From assembly GCA_963760875.1 (NCBI GenBank), contig CAVXEH010000017.1, positions 20,690-84,689 on the forward strand: DNA of 64,000 nucleotides, written 5' to 3'. Shown here in pieces: positions 1 through 9,421 of the stretch. The DNA comes from an uncultured Chloroflexia bacterium. GTDB lineage: Bacteria; Chloroflexota; Limnocylindria; QHBO01. Under the pieces are notes generated by a model, which was given only the letters and a program-made list of their open reading frames with translations, was not told the DNA's origin and did no database searches. The position numbers were made by a program, and so were the translations under genes. Position 1 is the first letter of the stretch; each line of letters opens with the position of its first letter.

Positions 1-1
1 G

Positions 2-253
2 TGCCTGCTGACGACCCGGGATCGGATCGAGCGCGACGAGTTTCCCTGCACCCACCAGCAGCTCGCGGGGCTGCTGGGGGCGTCGCGTCCGAAGGTGAGC
101 CTGGTCCTGGAGGCCCTCTCGCAGGCAGGCAGCATCGAGCACCAGCGCGGCTCCGTCCGGATCCTGGACCCCGGCGCGCTCGAGGCGATGACCTGCGGGT
201 GCTACGCGACCATCCGCAACGCGTTCCTCGCCACGGAGTCGCCGCCTCGGTGA
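2..253 (+). CDS. Crp/Fnr-family transcriptional regulator, C-terminal HTH (5'-truncated by window edge)
   Basis: Frame 2 (not in the ORF track) reads CLLTTRDRIERDEFPCTHQQLAGLLGASRPKVSLVLEALSQAGSIEHQRGSVRILDPGALEAMTCGCY...*, a Crp-type HTH with the typical terminal CxCY. Confidence 0.8.
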   Translation, partial: CLLTTRDRIERDEFPCTHQQLAGLLGASRPKVSLVLEALSQAGSIEHQRGSVRILDPGALEAMTCGCYATIRNAFLATESPPR

Positions 254-291
254 TGATCCGCGGCTGACCGCCGCACTCCCAGCCGATCAGC

Positions 292-936
292 TCAGCTGTG
301 GTCGACCCGTGCGCCCCCCGACGTTCCCACGCTGACCGATGCGTCGCCCGACACGCGGAGCTGGGCACCGCCGGATGCGGTGCCATTGACCGTGGCGCTG
401 GCATGCACCTCCGCCGTGGATCCGCCGTCCAAGGCGATGGACACGTGCTCTGCGTCGAGGTTCGCGAGCGATGCGACAGCCCCGCCGCGCACCCCCAGCG
501 TCACGCTGCCAGCGGCGCCGGAGATCGTCGCCCGTGAGCCACCCGAGAGCGAGATGTCGATGGCGTCGGCATTCACTCCCGACACCTCGATCTGCGCGCC
601 GCCGCTCAGGGACACGGAATCAAGAACGGGGATGACCACGTCGATGACGACCGGATCGGCCACCACGAAATCATCGACCGCCTCCACTCGCAGGACGCCG
701 TCGCGGACGCCGGTCCGCACCTTGTCCTGGATGTTCTCCTGGGCGTGGACCACCAGGGGCGCCGCGGCGCCGAAGTGGACAGAGAGGTGGACCCCGGCTC
801 CGGCCTCGATCCGCGAGAACGCGTCGAGCTCGCGAGTCTGGCTGACGACCGGACCCTCACCCCGTGCGCACCCCGCGAGCATCACGAGGGCCACGGCCAC
901 CAGCCCCCAACCCATGGACCGAGGTCGGCGGTGCAT
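292..936 (-). CDS. DUF2807 / GIN-domain lipoprotein
   Basis: Lipobox MLAGC after a hydrophobic stretch; repeated (L/I)SLSGGS / LDGGS / ASGGA motifs; ATG 936 abuts the upstream permease stop. Confidence 0.75.
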   Translation of the reverse strand: MHRRPRSMGWGLVAVALVMLAGCARGEGPVVSQTRELDAFSRIEAGAGVHLSVHFGAAAPLVVHAQENIQDKVRTGVRDGVLRVEAVDDFVVADPVVIDVVIPVLDSVSLSGGAQIEVSGVNADAIDISLSGGSRATISGAAGSVTLGVRGGAVASLANLDAEHVSIALDGGSTAEVHASATVNGTASGGAQLRVSGDASVSVGTSGGARVDHS

Positions 937-937
937 G

Positions 938-1696
938 TCACAGGTCCTCGCGGCTGAAGATGAGGAGCCCTGCGCTGCCAATCAGGATCAGGGTGGCAGC
1001 CCATGACGTGATCGTCGGGATATTCGGGGCGTCCCCGGCTGCCACCATGGTGGCCACGCTCGCCATCGAGGTCGGCCACAGCTCCGCGAGGAGCGGCAGG
1101 AACGAGTTCAGCGCGTACGGCGCGAGGACGATGGCAAAGGCGATGGCGCCGATGGCCGCCTGGCTCCGGATGCGCGTCGCAAGCGCGAGGTTCAGGGCAA
1201 GCACGAAGGCGGGAAGGGAAACGAGCCACAGCCCCAGGACAGCGACCGTGCCCGGTTCGGGGAGCCCGCCGTAGGCCAGGTCGGCGACGCCGGCGGCGAC
1301 CACGAGCGGGATCGCCAGGCCGAACAGGGCCAGGGCGACGGTCCCTGCCCCCCACTTCGCGAGGAGCACCGCGCCGCGCGAGACGGGCTTGGAGAGCGTC
1401 CAGGCCAGGGTGCCTCGTTCGCGCTCGTTGATGACCATGCCGATGCTGGCGAAGATCGAGCCAAAGATGATCCACTGGTCGAACTTGGCGCCGATGACGT
1501 TGTAGGTCGGGTCCAGCTCGACCGGCGTCGGGATGCCGCCGGCCCAGGCGTCGATGCGGGTCGACATGGTTCCGAGGACACCGAGCGCGGCAAGGACACC
1601 GAGGGTCGCGAGCGCAGCACGGCTGCGCCACCACTCGGAGAGCTCCTTCCAGAAGAACGGCCAGAAGCCCTGCAGGGGCCAGCTTGTTGCGTTCAT
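938..1696 (-). CDS. ABC-2 type transporter permease
   Basis: KELSEWWR and ERERGTLAWTLSKPVSRGAVLLAKW motifs; about 6 TM helices; ATGA overlap with the ATPase gene. Confidence 0.85.
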   Translation of the reverse strand: MNATSWPLQGFWPFFWKELSEWWRSRAALATLGVLAALGVLGTMSTRIDAWAGGIPTPVELDPTYNVIGAKFDQWIIFGSIFASIGMVINERERGTLAWTLSKPVSRGAVLLAKWGAGTVALALFGLAIPLVVAAGVADLAYGGLPEPGTVAVLGLWLVSLPAFVLALNLALATRIRSQAAIGAIAFAIVLAPYALNSFLPLLAELWPTSMASVATMVAAGDAPNIPTITSWAATLILIGSAGLLIFSREDL

Positions 1697-2637
1697 GCCG
1701 CACGCTCCTCGTTCACGATGCGCAGGAAGACCTCCTCGAGATCCAGCGCCTGCTGTCGGTTGGTTGTGAGCACCAGCCCCGCGTCCGCTGCCCAACGGGT
1801 CACCGCACCCTGGACCGCGAGCACCTGGCCGTCGGTTGCCGTCACGTCGTAGCGCCACTCGTCCCCGCTGCGCTCCACCGGCTGGACGCGCGCGACACCG
1901 GCAAGCGAGGCGAGGGCAGTCGCGGTGGCGTCGTTCGCGCCCAGCAGCCCAACCCGGATCGAGCCTGCGGTGAACTCGTTCATGAGCGTTCCGGTTGGTG
2001 CGCTGACGACCAGGCGTCCCTTGTCGAGGATGGCGACGTGGTCGCTCACCCGCTGGACGTCATCGAGGATGTGGGTCGAGTAGAAGATCGTCTTGTCGCC
2101 ACGCAAGCGCTGCATGAGCTCCAGGACGTCATGGCGGCCGAGCGGATCGAGGGAGGCCGCCGGCTCGTCGAGCAGCAGAATCGAGGCGTTGCCCGCCAGC
2201 GCCTGGCCGATACCCAGCCTCTGGCGCATGCCGCCGGAGTAGGTCCGCGTGGGCCGGTCGGCTGCATCCCTGAGACCCACCAGCTCGAGCAGCTCGTCGA
2301 TCCGTGCTGCGCCGCCTCCATCGGCATAGAAGCTCGCGACGTAGGCCAGCGTCTGGCGACCGGTCATCCACCCGTAGAAGCGTGGCTCCTGGGCGAGATA
2401 CCCGATCTGCGCCCGATGGGCGCCCTGGAGGGTCACCCGCACCCCGTTCACCGAGGCTGTCCCGGAGGTGGCGCGGGCCAGGCCGGCAAGGATCTTGAGC
2501 GTCGTGGTCTTCCCGGCGCCGTTTGGACCCAGAAAGCCAAAGACCGATCCGGCCTCGACGTCCAGCGTCAGGTTGGCGACGGCCTCCACGTCGCGATAGC
2601 GCTTGGTCAGCCCCTCGATCGCGATGGCGGCGGTCAT
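1693..2637 (-). CDS. ABC transporter ATP-binding protein
   Basis: Walker A GPNGAGKTT, signature YSGGMRQR, Walker B LLLDEP, H-loop STH. Confidence 0.95.
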   Translation of the reverse strand: MTAAIAIEGLTKRYRDVEAVANLTLDVEAGSVFGFLGPNGAGKTTTLKILAGLARATSGTASVNGVRVTLQGAHRAQIGYLAQEPRFYGWMTGRQTLAYVASFYADGGGAARIDELLELVGLRDAADRPTRTYSGGMRQRLGIGQALAGNASILLLDEPAASLDPLGRHDVLELMQRLRGDKTIFYSTHILDDVQRVSDHVAILDKGRLVVSAPTGTLMNEFTAGSIRVGLLGANDATATALASLAGVARVQPVERSGDEWRYDVTATDGQVLAVQGAVTRWAADAGLVLTTNRQQALDLEEVFLRIVNEERAA

Positions 2638-2728
2638 GCGGTGATCCCTCGAGCGGATTCGGTTCGGTCAGGCGCCACTCTGCCGGAGCTGCGTGGTTGC
2701 GCCATCGGAGCGTTCCCGAGTCCCTCCC

Positions 2729-2741
2729 TTGGGGTTGTCCC
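2729..2741. promoter_or_regulatory. Candidate response-regulator box TTGGGGTTGTCCC (copy 1)
   Basis: Exact 13-mer also at 6663-6675; each copy lies upstream of one ABC operon. Confidence 0.5.
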
Positions 2742-2782
2742 TATAGGCAGCCGGGGCGCCCGCATGCGAGGATTCCGCCCTG

Positions 2783-3463
2783 ATGGCGACGCCCAGCCGG
2801 GGACGCGTCACGCGCGTGGTGATCGCGGACGACTCGCTGCTCGTCCGCGAGGGGACGGCGCGGCTGCTTGCCGACGCGGGATTCGCGGTTGTGGGCCAGG
2901 CAGGAGAGGTGGCTGGCCTCATGCGGTTGCTGGACGAGCAGCAGCCCGATGTCGCGATCGTCGACATCAGGATGCCTCCCACCTTCACGGATGAGGGGCT
3001 CCAGGCGGCCCAGCGCATCCGGGAGCGGGGGATTGGGGTCGGCATCCTGGTCCTCTCCCACCACGTGGAGCCGGAGTTCGCCATGCGGCTGCTGCGCGAG
3101 GGAGCCGCCGGCACCGGCTACCTGCTCAAGGACCGGATGGCTGACCTGGAGGACTTCGCCGACGCGGTGCGTCGGGTCGCTCGCGGTGGCTCGGTGGTGG
3201 ACCCCATCGTGGTCAGCGAGCTCGTCCATCGCCCTGCCACCGATGCAAGGCTTGGCGAGCTCACCGAGCGGGAGCGGGAGGTCCTGGGGCTCATGGCGGA
3301 AGGCCGTTCGAACCAGGCCATCGCGGATCGGCTAGTCGTCACTCCAAAGACCGTGGAGGCGCACATCGCCTCGATCTTCTCGAAGCTGGAGCTGCTCCCC
3401 GCAGCCGAGGATCACCGACGGGTGCTCGCCGTCCTCGCCTACCTGGAGGCGCGCACGACCTAG
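2783..3463 (+). CDS. NarL/LuxR-family response regulator
   Basis: Receiver (IADD...VDIRMP...GYLLK) plus LuxR HTH (LTEREREVLGLMAEGRSNQAIA). Confidence 0.95.
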   Translation: MATPSRGRVTRVVIADDSLLVREGTARLLADAGFAVVGQAGEVAGLMRLLDEQQPDVAIVDIRMPPTFTDEGLQAAQRIRERGIGVGILVLSHHVEPEFAMRLLREGAAGTGYLLKDRMADLEDFADAVRRVARGGSVVDPIVVSELVHRPATDARLGELTEREREVLGLMAEGRSNQAIADRLVVTPKTVEAHIASIFSKLELLPAAEDHRRVLAVLAYLEARTT

Positions 3464-3816
3464 GGACCGTCGAGCAGCTCCGCCAGCGCCCCCGACGAAA
3501 GGTCGTCTTTCTGGATGAAGCCGATGGCGGGCCCGGACGCCAGGCGCGCGCCGTACGTGGCCGCCTCGCGGGAGGAGATCAGGATGATGCGGGCCGCTGC
3601 TCCCATCCGTGCGAGCTCCTCCGCCACCGCGAATCCGTCCCGATCGGGCAGTCCGATGTCGAGCAGGATGACGTCGGGCTGCAGCCGAGCGACGGCGTCG
3701 ATCGCCTCCGAGGCGTCGGCCGCCTCGCCGGCGACCTGGATGCCCTCCGCCTCGAGGAGCGCGCGCGCCTGGCGTCGGAACTCCGGGTGGTCGTCGACGA
3801 TCAGGATGGTGGTCAT
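3460..3816 (-). CDS. Stand-alone receiver-domain response regulator
   Basis: TILIVDDH...LLDIGLPDRDG...ISS...FIQK, no output domain; its stop overlaps the convergent regulator stop. Confidence 0.85.
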   Translation of the reverse strand: MTTILIVDDHPEFRRQARALLEAEGIQVAGEAADASEAIDAVARLQPDVILLDIGLPDRDGFAVAEELARMGAAARIILISSREAATYGARLASGPAIGFIQKDDLSSGALAELLDGP

Positions 3817-3984
3817 CAGGCCCGATGGTGGCACCCGATCGCGGCGGCCACCACCGGGTTATCCCCACTCTGGTGCTCAGGGTCGCGGCGCCGGGCGAAC
3901 GAAGTCGAGACCGGTGCCCACGGTATGCGACGCGCTCGCCGGGCAACCCTTCCCATCGCGCGCCCGACATGCCACGATTGGCAC

Positions 3985-6651
3985 GTGACGGGCCGAGCCG
4001 CGCCACACGACGGGCTGCCGCGACGCACGGGTCGCCTCTGGCGGACCGATCCGCGCCTGCCCCTGCTCCTCCTGGTCCCGAGCCTGCTGGTGGCCATCCT
4101 CGCCGAGCTCTCGCTGCTCAACGCGAACCCGCCGGCGGACGCCATCCTGACCGATGCCGCCTCGGGGCTGGCGTTCTCGCTGGCCGGCCTGGTCGCCTGG
4201 CGTCGCCGGCCGGAGAACCGCGTGGGGCCGCTGATGCTGGGAATCGGCCTGAGCTGGTTCGGCGGGGATTTCCTGTTCGGCACGGTCCCGGTGATCGGGC
4301 CGCTCTCCTTCGCCGCCCAGGCGCTCGCACGCGTCCTCTTCGCCTGGCTGCTGCTGGCATTCCCTTCGGGAACCCTGGGCTCCACCCTGCACCGCTGGTC
4401 GGTGGGCCTGATCGGCGGCCTGGCGGCGGGCCTGGCCGTCCTGCAGCTGTTCACCGTGCACCCGTCGACGCTGTGCCCCTGCCCCGAAAGCCCGTTCGCC
4501 TTCGCCGCTGGATGGCCGGTTGCCGACCAGCTCGACAACGTGTCCGCCGCGGTCGGGATGGGGATGACGGTCATCCTGGTGCCGCTCGTGGTGCGCCGCT
4601 TGCTGCTGGCCTCGGCACCCGCGCGGCGCACCCTGCTGCCGGTGCTCGCCGGCGGCGCTTTCTCCCTGCTTTCGGTGACGCCCGACACCGTCGCCAGGCT
4701 CACGGGGAGTCCGCCCGAGCCCATCAGCTGGCTGCCGATCGTGTGGATGGCGCTGCCGGTCGGCTTCCTGGTCGCCCTGCTGGACGCACGCATGGCGCAG
4801 GGCGCCGTGGCGAACCTGATCCTGGACCTGGGCGAGGTTGGGGACGGCGCCGTGTCGCACGAAACGGTCGCCGACGGGGTGGGCGCGACCAGGGCCACAC
4901 CCGAAGTCGGCCGCCCCTCGCGTGCGCTGGTGACCGGCGTCGGCCTGCTCGGCGTGGCCGTGGGCGTGTCGCTGGTCGTCATGGCCTACGGGAGGTCGGG
5001 GGAGACCAACTCCGAGCTCTGGGCTTTCCTCAGCTGTTGGCTGACCCTGCCGTACATTGCCGCCGGGCTCATCGCCTGGCGCTCACGGCCCGACAGCCGG
5101 CTGGGGCCGTTGATGCTGCTCGCGGGCTTTGGCACGTACCTGAACTTCCTCCTGTGGTCGAGCAACGACATCCTGTTCACCATAGGACTCGCCTGCCAGG
5201 TGCTGCCTCCGGTCCTCTTCCTGCACGTCTTCCTCGCCTATCCCACGGGTCGGCTGCAGGCCGTATCGGACCGGATCGTCGTGGTCGGCGCATATCTCGC
5301 CGCTGCCCTGGCCCTGCCGGAGATGCTCATGGGTGCCGAAGGCGATCGGAGCCTGCTGGCCCTGTTCCAGGCACCGGTCGCGGCGGACGTCGTCCAGCAC
5401 ATCCAGCTCCTGGCGACCAGCGTCCTGATGCTGGCCGGAATCGCGGTGCTGGTCCGGCGCCGCCTGGCAGGCGCGCGGCCGATCCGTCCCGCGTTCGCCT
5501 GGCTCGTGGACGCCTTCGCCGGAGGGCTCCTGATGACGGCCCTCCTGCTCAGCGCCGGAAATCTCGGCTGGAGCGCCCTGCAGGCGCCGCTCCGGGTACC
5601 GACCTACTTCGTGCTCGGGCTCGCGCCGATCGTCTTCCTGGTCGGACTGCTGCAATCCCAGCTGGTCCGTGCCTCGGTGGGCGAGCTCCTCGTCGACATG
5701 GGCACCAGCCCTGGACCGGTCAGGCTCCAGGCCGCGGTCGCCCGCGCGCTCCGCGACCCATCCGTCGGCATCGTCTACTGGCTTCCCGAGCAGGAGGCGT
5801 ACGCGGACGCCCAGGGAAACCGTATCGATCTCGCCCCGGAGGACGGCCGGTCGGTGACCCTGGTGCGGCGCGAGGGCGTCACCGTGGCGGCTCTGGTGCA
5901 CGACGCGGCGCTGGACGACGAGCCCCAGCTCCTCGCTGCCGTGGCCCAGGCGGTGGGCATGGCCATCGAGAACTCACAGCTGCAGGTCGAGCTCCAGGCT
6001 CGCCTGGCGGATGTTCGCGCCTCCCGGGCGCGAATCGTGAGCGCCGGCGACGCCGAGCGGCGCAGGCTCGAGCGCAACCTGCACGATGGAGCCCAGCAGC
6101 GCCTCGTGGCGCTTTCGCTGGCCTTGCGGCGCGCCCGAAATCGCCTCCAGCCCAAGGACGATCCAGGATTGGCGACCAGCCTCGACGATGCTGCCCTCCT
6201 GGTGCACGACGCACTCGCCGAGCTCAGGGAGCTGGCGCGCGGCCTGCACCCCGCGATCCTGTCGGAGGCAGGGCTCCCCGGGGCGCTGGCCGCCCTCGTG
6301 GCACGCTCGCCGGTTGAAGCGATCCTGCGAGCGGTGCCGTCCGAGCGGTTCCCGACCGCGGTGGAGGCGGCCGCGTACTACCTCGTCTCGGAGGCGCTCA
6401 CCAACGTCGCCAAGCACGCGCCCGGCGCCGGTGCCGAGGTCCGCGTCACGCGCGCCGCCGACCAGCTGGAGGTGGAGGTCGCCGATAGCGGACCCGGCGG
6501 AGCCGTTCCGCGCCCGGGGTCCGGGCTCCAGGGCCTCGAGGATCGCATGGCGGCCGCCGGCGGCGGCCTGACCATCAGCACACGGCCGGGCGGAGGCACC
6601 ACCATCCGTGGCTGGATCCCGCTGCCCGGAAGCGGCCCGCCCGCCGGCTGA
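3985..6651 (+). CDS. HisKA_3 (NarX/DesK-type) sensor histidine kinase with duplicated membrane domain
   Basis: H-box ERNLHDGAQQ, N-box EALTNVAKHA, DSGPGG and GSGL; GTG 3985 is 6 nt after a -10-like CACGAT (start uncertain). Confidence 0.9.
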   Translation: MTGRAAPHDGLPRRTGRLWRTDPRLPLLLLVPSLLVAILAELSLLNANPPADAILTDAASGLAFSLAGLVAWRRRPENRVGPLMLGIGLSWFGGDFLFGTVPVIGPLSFAAQALARVLFAWLLLAFPSGTLGSTLHRWSVGLIGGLAAGLAVLQLFTVHPSTLCPCPESPFAFAAGWPVADQLDNVSAAVGMGMTVILVPLVVRRLLLASAPARRTLLPVLAGGAFSLLSVTPDTVARLTGSPPEPISWLPIVWMALPVGFLVALLDARMAQGAVANLILDLGEVGDGAVSHETVADGVGATRATPEVGRPSRALVTGVGLLGVAVGVSLVVMAYGRSGETNSELWAFLSCWLTLPYIAAGLIAWRSRPDSRLGPLMLLAGFGTYLNFLLWSSNDILFTIGLACQVLPPVLFLHVFLAYPTGRLQAVSDRIVVVGAYLAAALALPEMLMGAEGDRSLLALFQAPVAADVVQHIQLLATSVLMLAGIAVLVRRRLAGARPIRPAFAWLVDAFAGGLLMTALLLSAGNLGWSALQAPLRVPTYFVLGLAPIVFLVGLLQSQLVRASVGELLVDMGTSPGPVRLQAAVARALRDPSVGIVYWLPEQEAYADAQGNRIDLAPEDGRSVTLVRREGVTVAALVHDAALDDEPQLLAAVAQAVGMAIENSQLQVELQARLADVRASRARIVSAGDAERRRLERNLHDGAQQRLVALSLALRRARNRLQPKDDPGLATSLDDAALLVHDALAELRELARGLHPAILSEAGLPGALAALVARSPVEAILRAVPSERFPTAVEAAAYYLVSEALTNVAKHAPGAGAEVRVTRAADQLEVEVADSGPGGAVPRPGSGLQGLEDRMAAAGGGLTISTRPGGGTTIRGWIPLPGSGPPAG

Positions 6652-6662
6652 GGCCGGACCGG

Positions 6663-6675
6663 TTGGGGTTGTCCC
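6663..6675. promoter_or_regulatory. Candidate response-regulator box TTGGGGTTGTCCC (copy 2)
   Basis: Identical to 2729-2741; about 115 bp upstream of the permease start. Confidence 0.5.
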
Positions 6676-6788
6676 GGAGCCTGGTTCCGGGGCAGCCTCC
6701 GATGTGGGTCGATGCGATTCCACGGATGCTCGGGCGGATGGCGCCGGGCCACGCCAAGGCTCGCGCCCACACGCACCGAGGTGTGCAC

Positions 6789-7963
6789 ATGCCCCTGCTG
6801 CGACAGCTGCTCCGCCGGAAGCTGAGGACCACGCTCACCATCGTGGGCATCACCGTGGGGATCTGGGCCCTGGTCGTCATGGGATCCATGGCCAACAAGA
6901 TCAACAGCCTGGTGTCGGGCGCCAGCGGGGCCTATGCCGGACGGGTGGCCGTGACCGATGCCTCGAACTCCACGATCGGGCTCAGCATCAGCCCCATGCG
7001 GCTCGACGTGGTCGACCAGGTCCGTGCCGTCGATGGCGTCTCGGCGGCCGAACCACAGATCCAGATGATCTACGACCCCGATGCGAGTGGCAGCTTCGCC
7101 GTGTCGACACGCTGCTCGGCCGGCTGGCGGACGCTGAGCGCCCTCCCGACGCCGTGCCGACCTTGGCGGCTGAGGGGCGCCTGCTGACTGCCGAGGACGA
7201 GGGATCGATGCTCGTCGTCTTCGGCTCACTCGCTGGCTGACAAGGTGCGGCGCGCATCTCGGGGCCACGGTCCAGATCCGCGGGCTTCGCATTCAAGGTG
7301 GTCGGCATCCTGGAACCGACGCTTTCGATCCCCGACTACATCGCCTACGTGCCGCTCTCCGCGGCGCAGCGGCTGCTCTCCGCCAGCCTGGCGGCACCCA
7401 TCCGCGCCGCTATTCCGGAGGCCGACCTCGCGAGCCAGGTGATGGCCTACCCGGCCGATGGCGTGACGGTGGAGCAGCTTGCGGAGCGCATCGAGGCTCG
7501 CGTCGAGGACGTCGCCACCGTCACCCAGGCGGACTACGACCAGCAGCTGGGCTCGTCGGTCACGCTGATCAACTCGATCCTCATTGGCGTGGCCCTCATC
7601 AGCCTGGTCGTCGGTGGCCTTTCGGTCATCAACACCATGGCGATGTCGGTGGCGGAGCGCACACGCGAGATCGGCGTGAAGCGCGCCATTGGTGGCACGC
7701 GCGGCCAGATCATTCGCGAGCTGGTCGGCGAGTCGGCGGTGATCGGCCTGATCGGTGGGCTCCTCGGAGTCGCGCTTGGCTCCGCGGTGGTCGCCGTGGC
7801 CAACGAGGCCGGGCGTTCCTCCGGCACCCTGCTCTTCACGTTCTCGCCGGTAATCGCGCTGTTCGCCGTGCTCTTCTCGACGGTCCTGGGAATGCTTGCC
7901 GGCTTCGTGCCGGCCTGGGGTGCTGCCCGGCTCGATCCGGTACAGGCGCTCCGCTACGAATAG
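6789..7963 (+). pseudogene. MacB/FtsX-like ABC permease disrupted by several indels (pseudogene or sequence error)
   Basis: N-terminus RRKLRTTLTIVGITVGI and C-terminus INTMAMSVAERTREIGVKRAIG...AARLDPVQALRYE are in different frames; in-frame TGA at 7238-7240. Confidence 0.8.
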
Positions 7964-7974
7964 GAGTGAATCGG

Positions 7975-8739
7975 ATGGCCATGCTCGAAGCGCGGAACCT
8001 GCGAAAGACGTACCGGCTGAGCCGGCACAACCAGGTGGAGGCCCTGCGCGGCGTCGACCTCGCCATCGAGGCCGGGGAGATGGTGGCGATCATGGGTCCG
8101 TCCGGGTCGGGGAAGAGCACGCTCATGCATATCCTGGGCCTCCTGCATCGACCCGATGCCAACCATGGTCCTGCCCCGGAGCTTCGGTTCAACGGCGAGG
8201 AGATGACCGGGCTGTCGGACGCGCGACGCACGCACATGCGGGCACGATCCATGGGATTCGTCTTCCAGTCCTACAACCTCGTCCAGACGCTCACCGCCGT
8301 CGAGAACGTGATGCTCGCCGCGCACTACGCGGGCGTGCCACGTGCCAGGGCAAGGGAATCGGCCATGGAGGCGTTGGGCGCCGTTGGCCTGGAGGAGAGG
8401 CACCGCCATCGGCCCATGGAGCTGTCGGGCGGCGAGCAGCAGCGGGTGGCCATCGCGCGGTCGCTCGTCAACGATCCGCTGCTGCTCCTTGGTGACGAAC
8501 CGACCGGCAACCTCGACAGCGCCCGAGCCCGCGAGGTGCTGGTCATGCTGCGGCGCTTCAACCGGGAGCGCGGGAAGACGCTTCTGCTCGTCACCCACGA
8601 CCCCGAGGTCGGCGCGGCCTGCGACCGCATCGTGCACATGCGCGACGGCCTGTGCCAGGGCAGCGAGCCGGTACGGGGCCGGGAGCCCGGCAGCGCCGCG
8701 GTCGACGCTTCACGCGCGCCGTCCGCTGCGAATCCCTAG
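7975..8739 (+). CDS. LolD/MacB-type ABC ATP-binding protein
   Basis: GPSGSGKST, LSGGEQQRVAIAR, DEPTGNLDS, VTHD; AGGAG RBS. Confidence 0.95.
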   Translation: MAMLEARNLRKTYRLSRHNQVEALRGVDLAIEAGEMVAIMGPSGSGKSTLMHILGLLHRPDANHGPAPELRFNGEEMTGLSDARRTHMRARSMGFVFQSYNLVQTLTAVENVMLAAHYAGVPRARARESAMEALGAVGLEERHRHRPMELSGGEQQRVAIARSLVNDPLLLLGDEPTGNLDSARAREVLVMLRRFNRERGKTLLLVTHDPEVGAACDRIVHMRDGLCQGSEPVRGREPGSAAVDASRAPSAANP

Positions 8740-8772
8740 GTCTGGCGAGGGCAATCGTGTTGCGACTCCAGG

Positions 8773-9351
8773 TCAGCGCAGGCGCACGAGGAACTCCAGG
8801 ACCCGACTGATCAGCAGCTGCGTCGCCGGCTCGTCGTACGACGGCAGCGACGAATCCGCGAAGAGATGCACGTCTCCGTGGTAGAGGAACAGCTCCGCCG
8901 CATCCGCGGAGGCAACGAGTGCACGGGCAGCGTCGAGGTCGCCCTCGCCGGCGAAAATCGGATCTGCGTCCATTCCGTGCACCTGCACCGGCAGGTCGCG
9001 GGGCCATTCCTCACCAAACTCGTCGACCGGCAGGCAGGCGTCGACAAACACCGCACCGCGCGCGGAAGCGCGGGTCTGCGCCAGCTGCTGAGCCGGCATG
9101 ACGCCCATCGACAGGCCGGCGTACACCATCCCGTCGCCAAGGGCGTCTCCGGCGGTCACCCCGCGCTCAAGAATGGCTCCGAAGCCAATCGACTTCGCGT
9201 GGGCCATGCCGTCCTCGAGCGTGGAGAAGGTCCGCCCGTCGAAGAGATCGGGCGTATGCACCGTGTGGCCGCCGGATCGCAGCGCGTCGGCGAGCGCGAC
9301 GACGCCCGGGGTGAGGCCCTGGACGTGATGGAACAAGACGACATCGGCCAT
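8773..9351 (-). CDS. Dienelactone-hydrolase-family alpha/beta hydrolase
   Basis: LFHHVQGL...VHTPDLFDG, nucleophile elbow GLSMG, HLFAD. Confidence 0.8.
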   Translation of the reverse strand: MADVVLFHHVQGLTPGVVALADALRSGGHTVHTPDLFDGRTFSTLEDGMAHAKSIGFGAILERGVTAGDALGDGMVYAGLSMGVMPAQQLAQTRASARGAVFVDACLPVDEFGEEWPRDLPVQVHGMDADPIFAGEGDLDAARALVASADAAELFLYHGDVHLFADSSLPSYDEPATQLLISRVLEFLVRLR

Positions 9352-9373
9352 GCAGTTCTCGGCTCCCTTCGAC

Positions 9374-9386
9374 TATTGGTCCAATA
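9374..9386. promoter_or_regulatory. Palindromic operator candidate TATTGG-T-CCAATA
   Basis: Perfect AT-rich inverted repeat in the 70-bp divergent gap between the hydrolase and ArsR-like genes. Confidence 0.5.
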
Positions 9387-9421
9387 TTCCCGAACAATCG
9401 GAGATGATAGTCTAATCGCCG

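Noticed and set aside
1-267. Frame 1 ORF from the ORF track
   Set aside because: The real gene is the Crp-type HTH in frame 2 ending at 253
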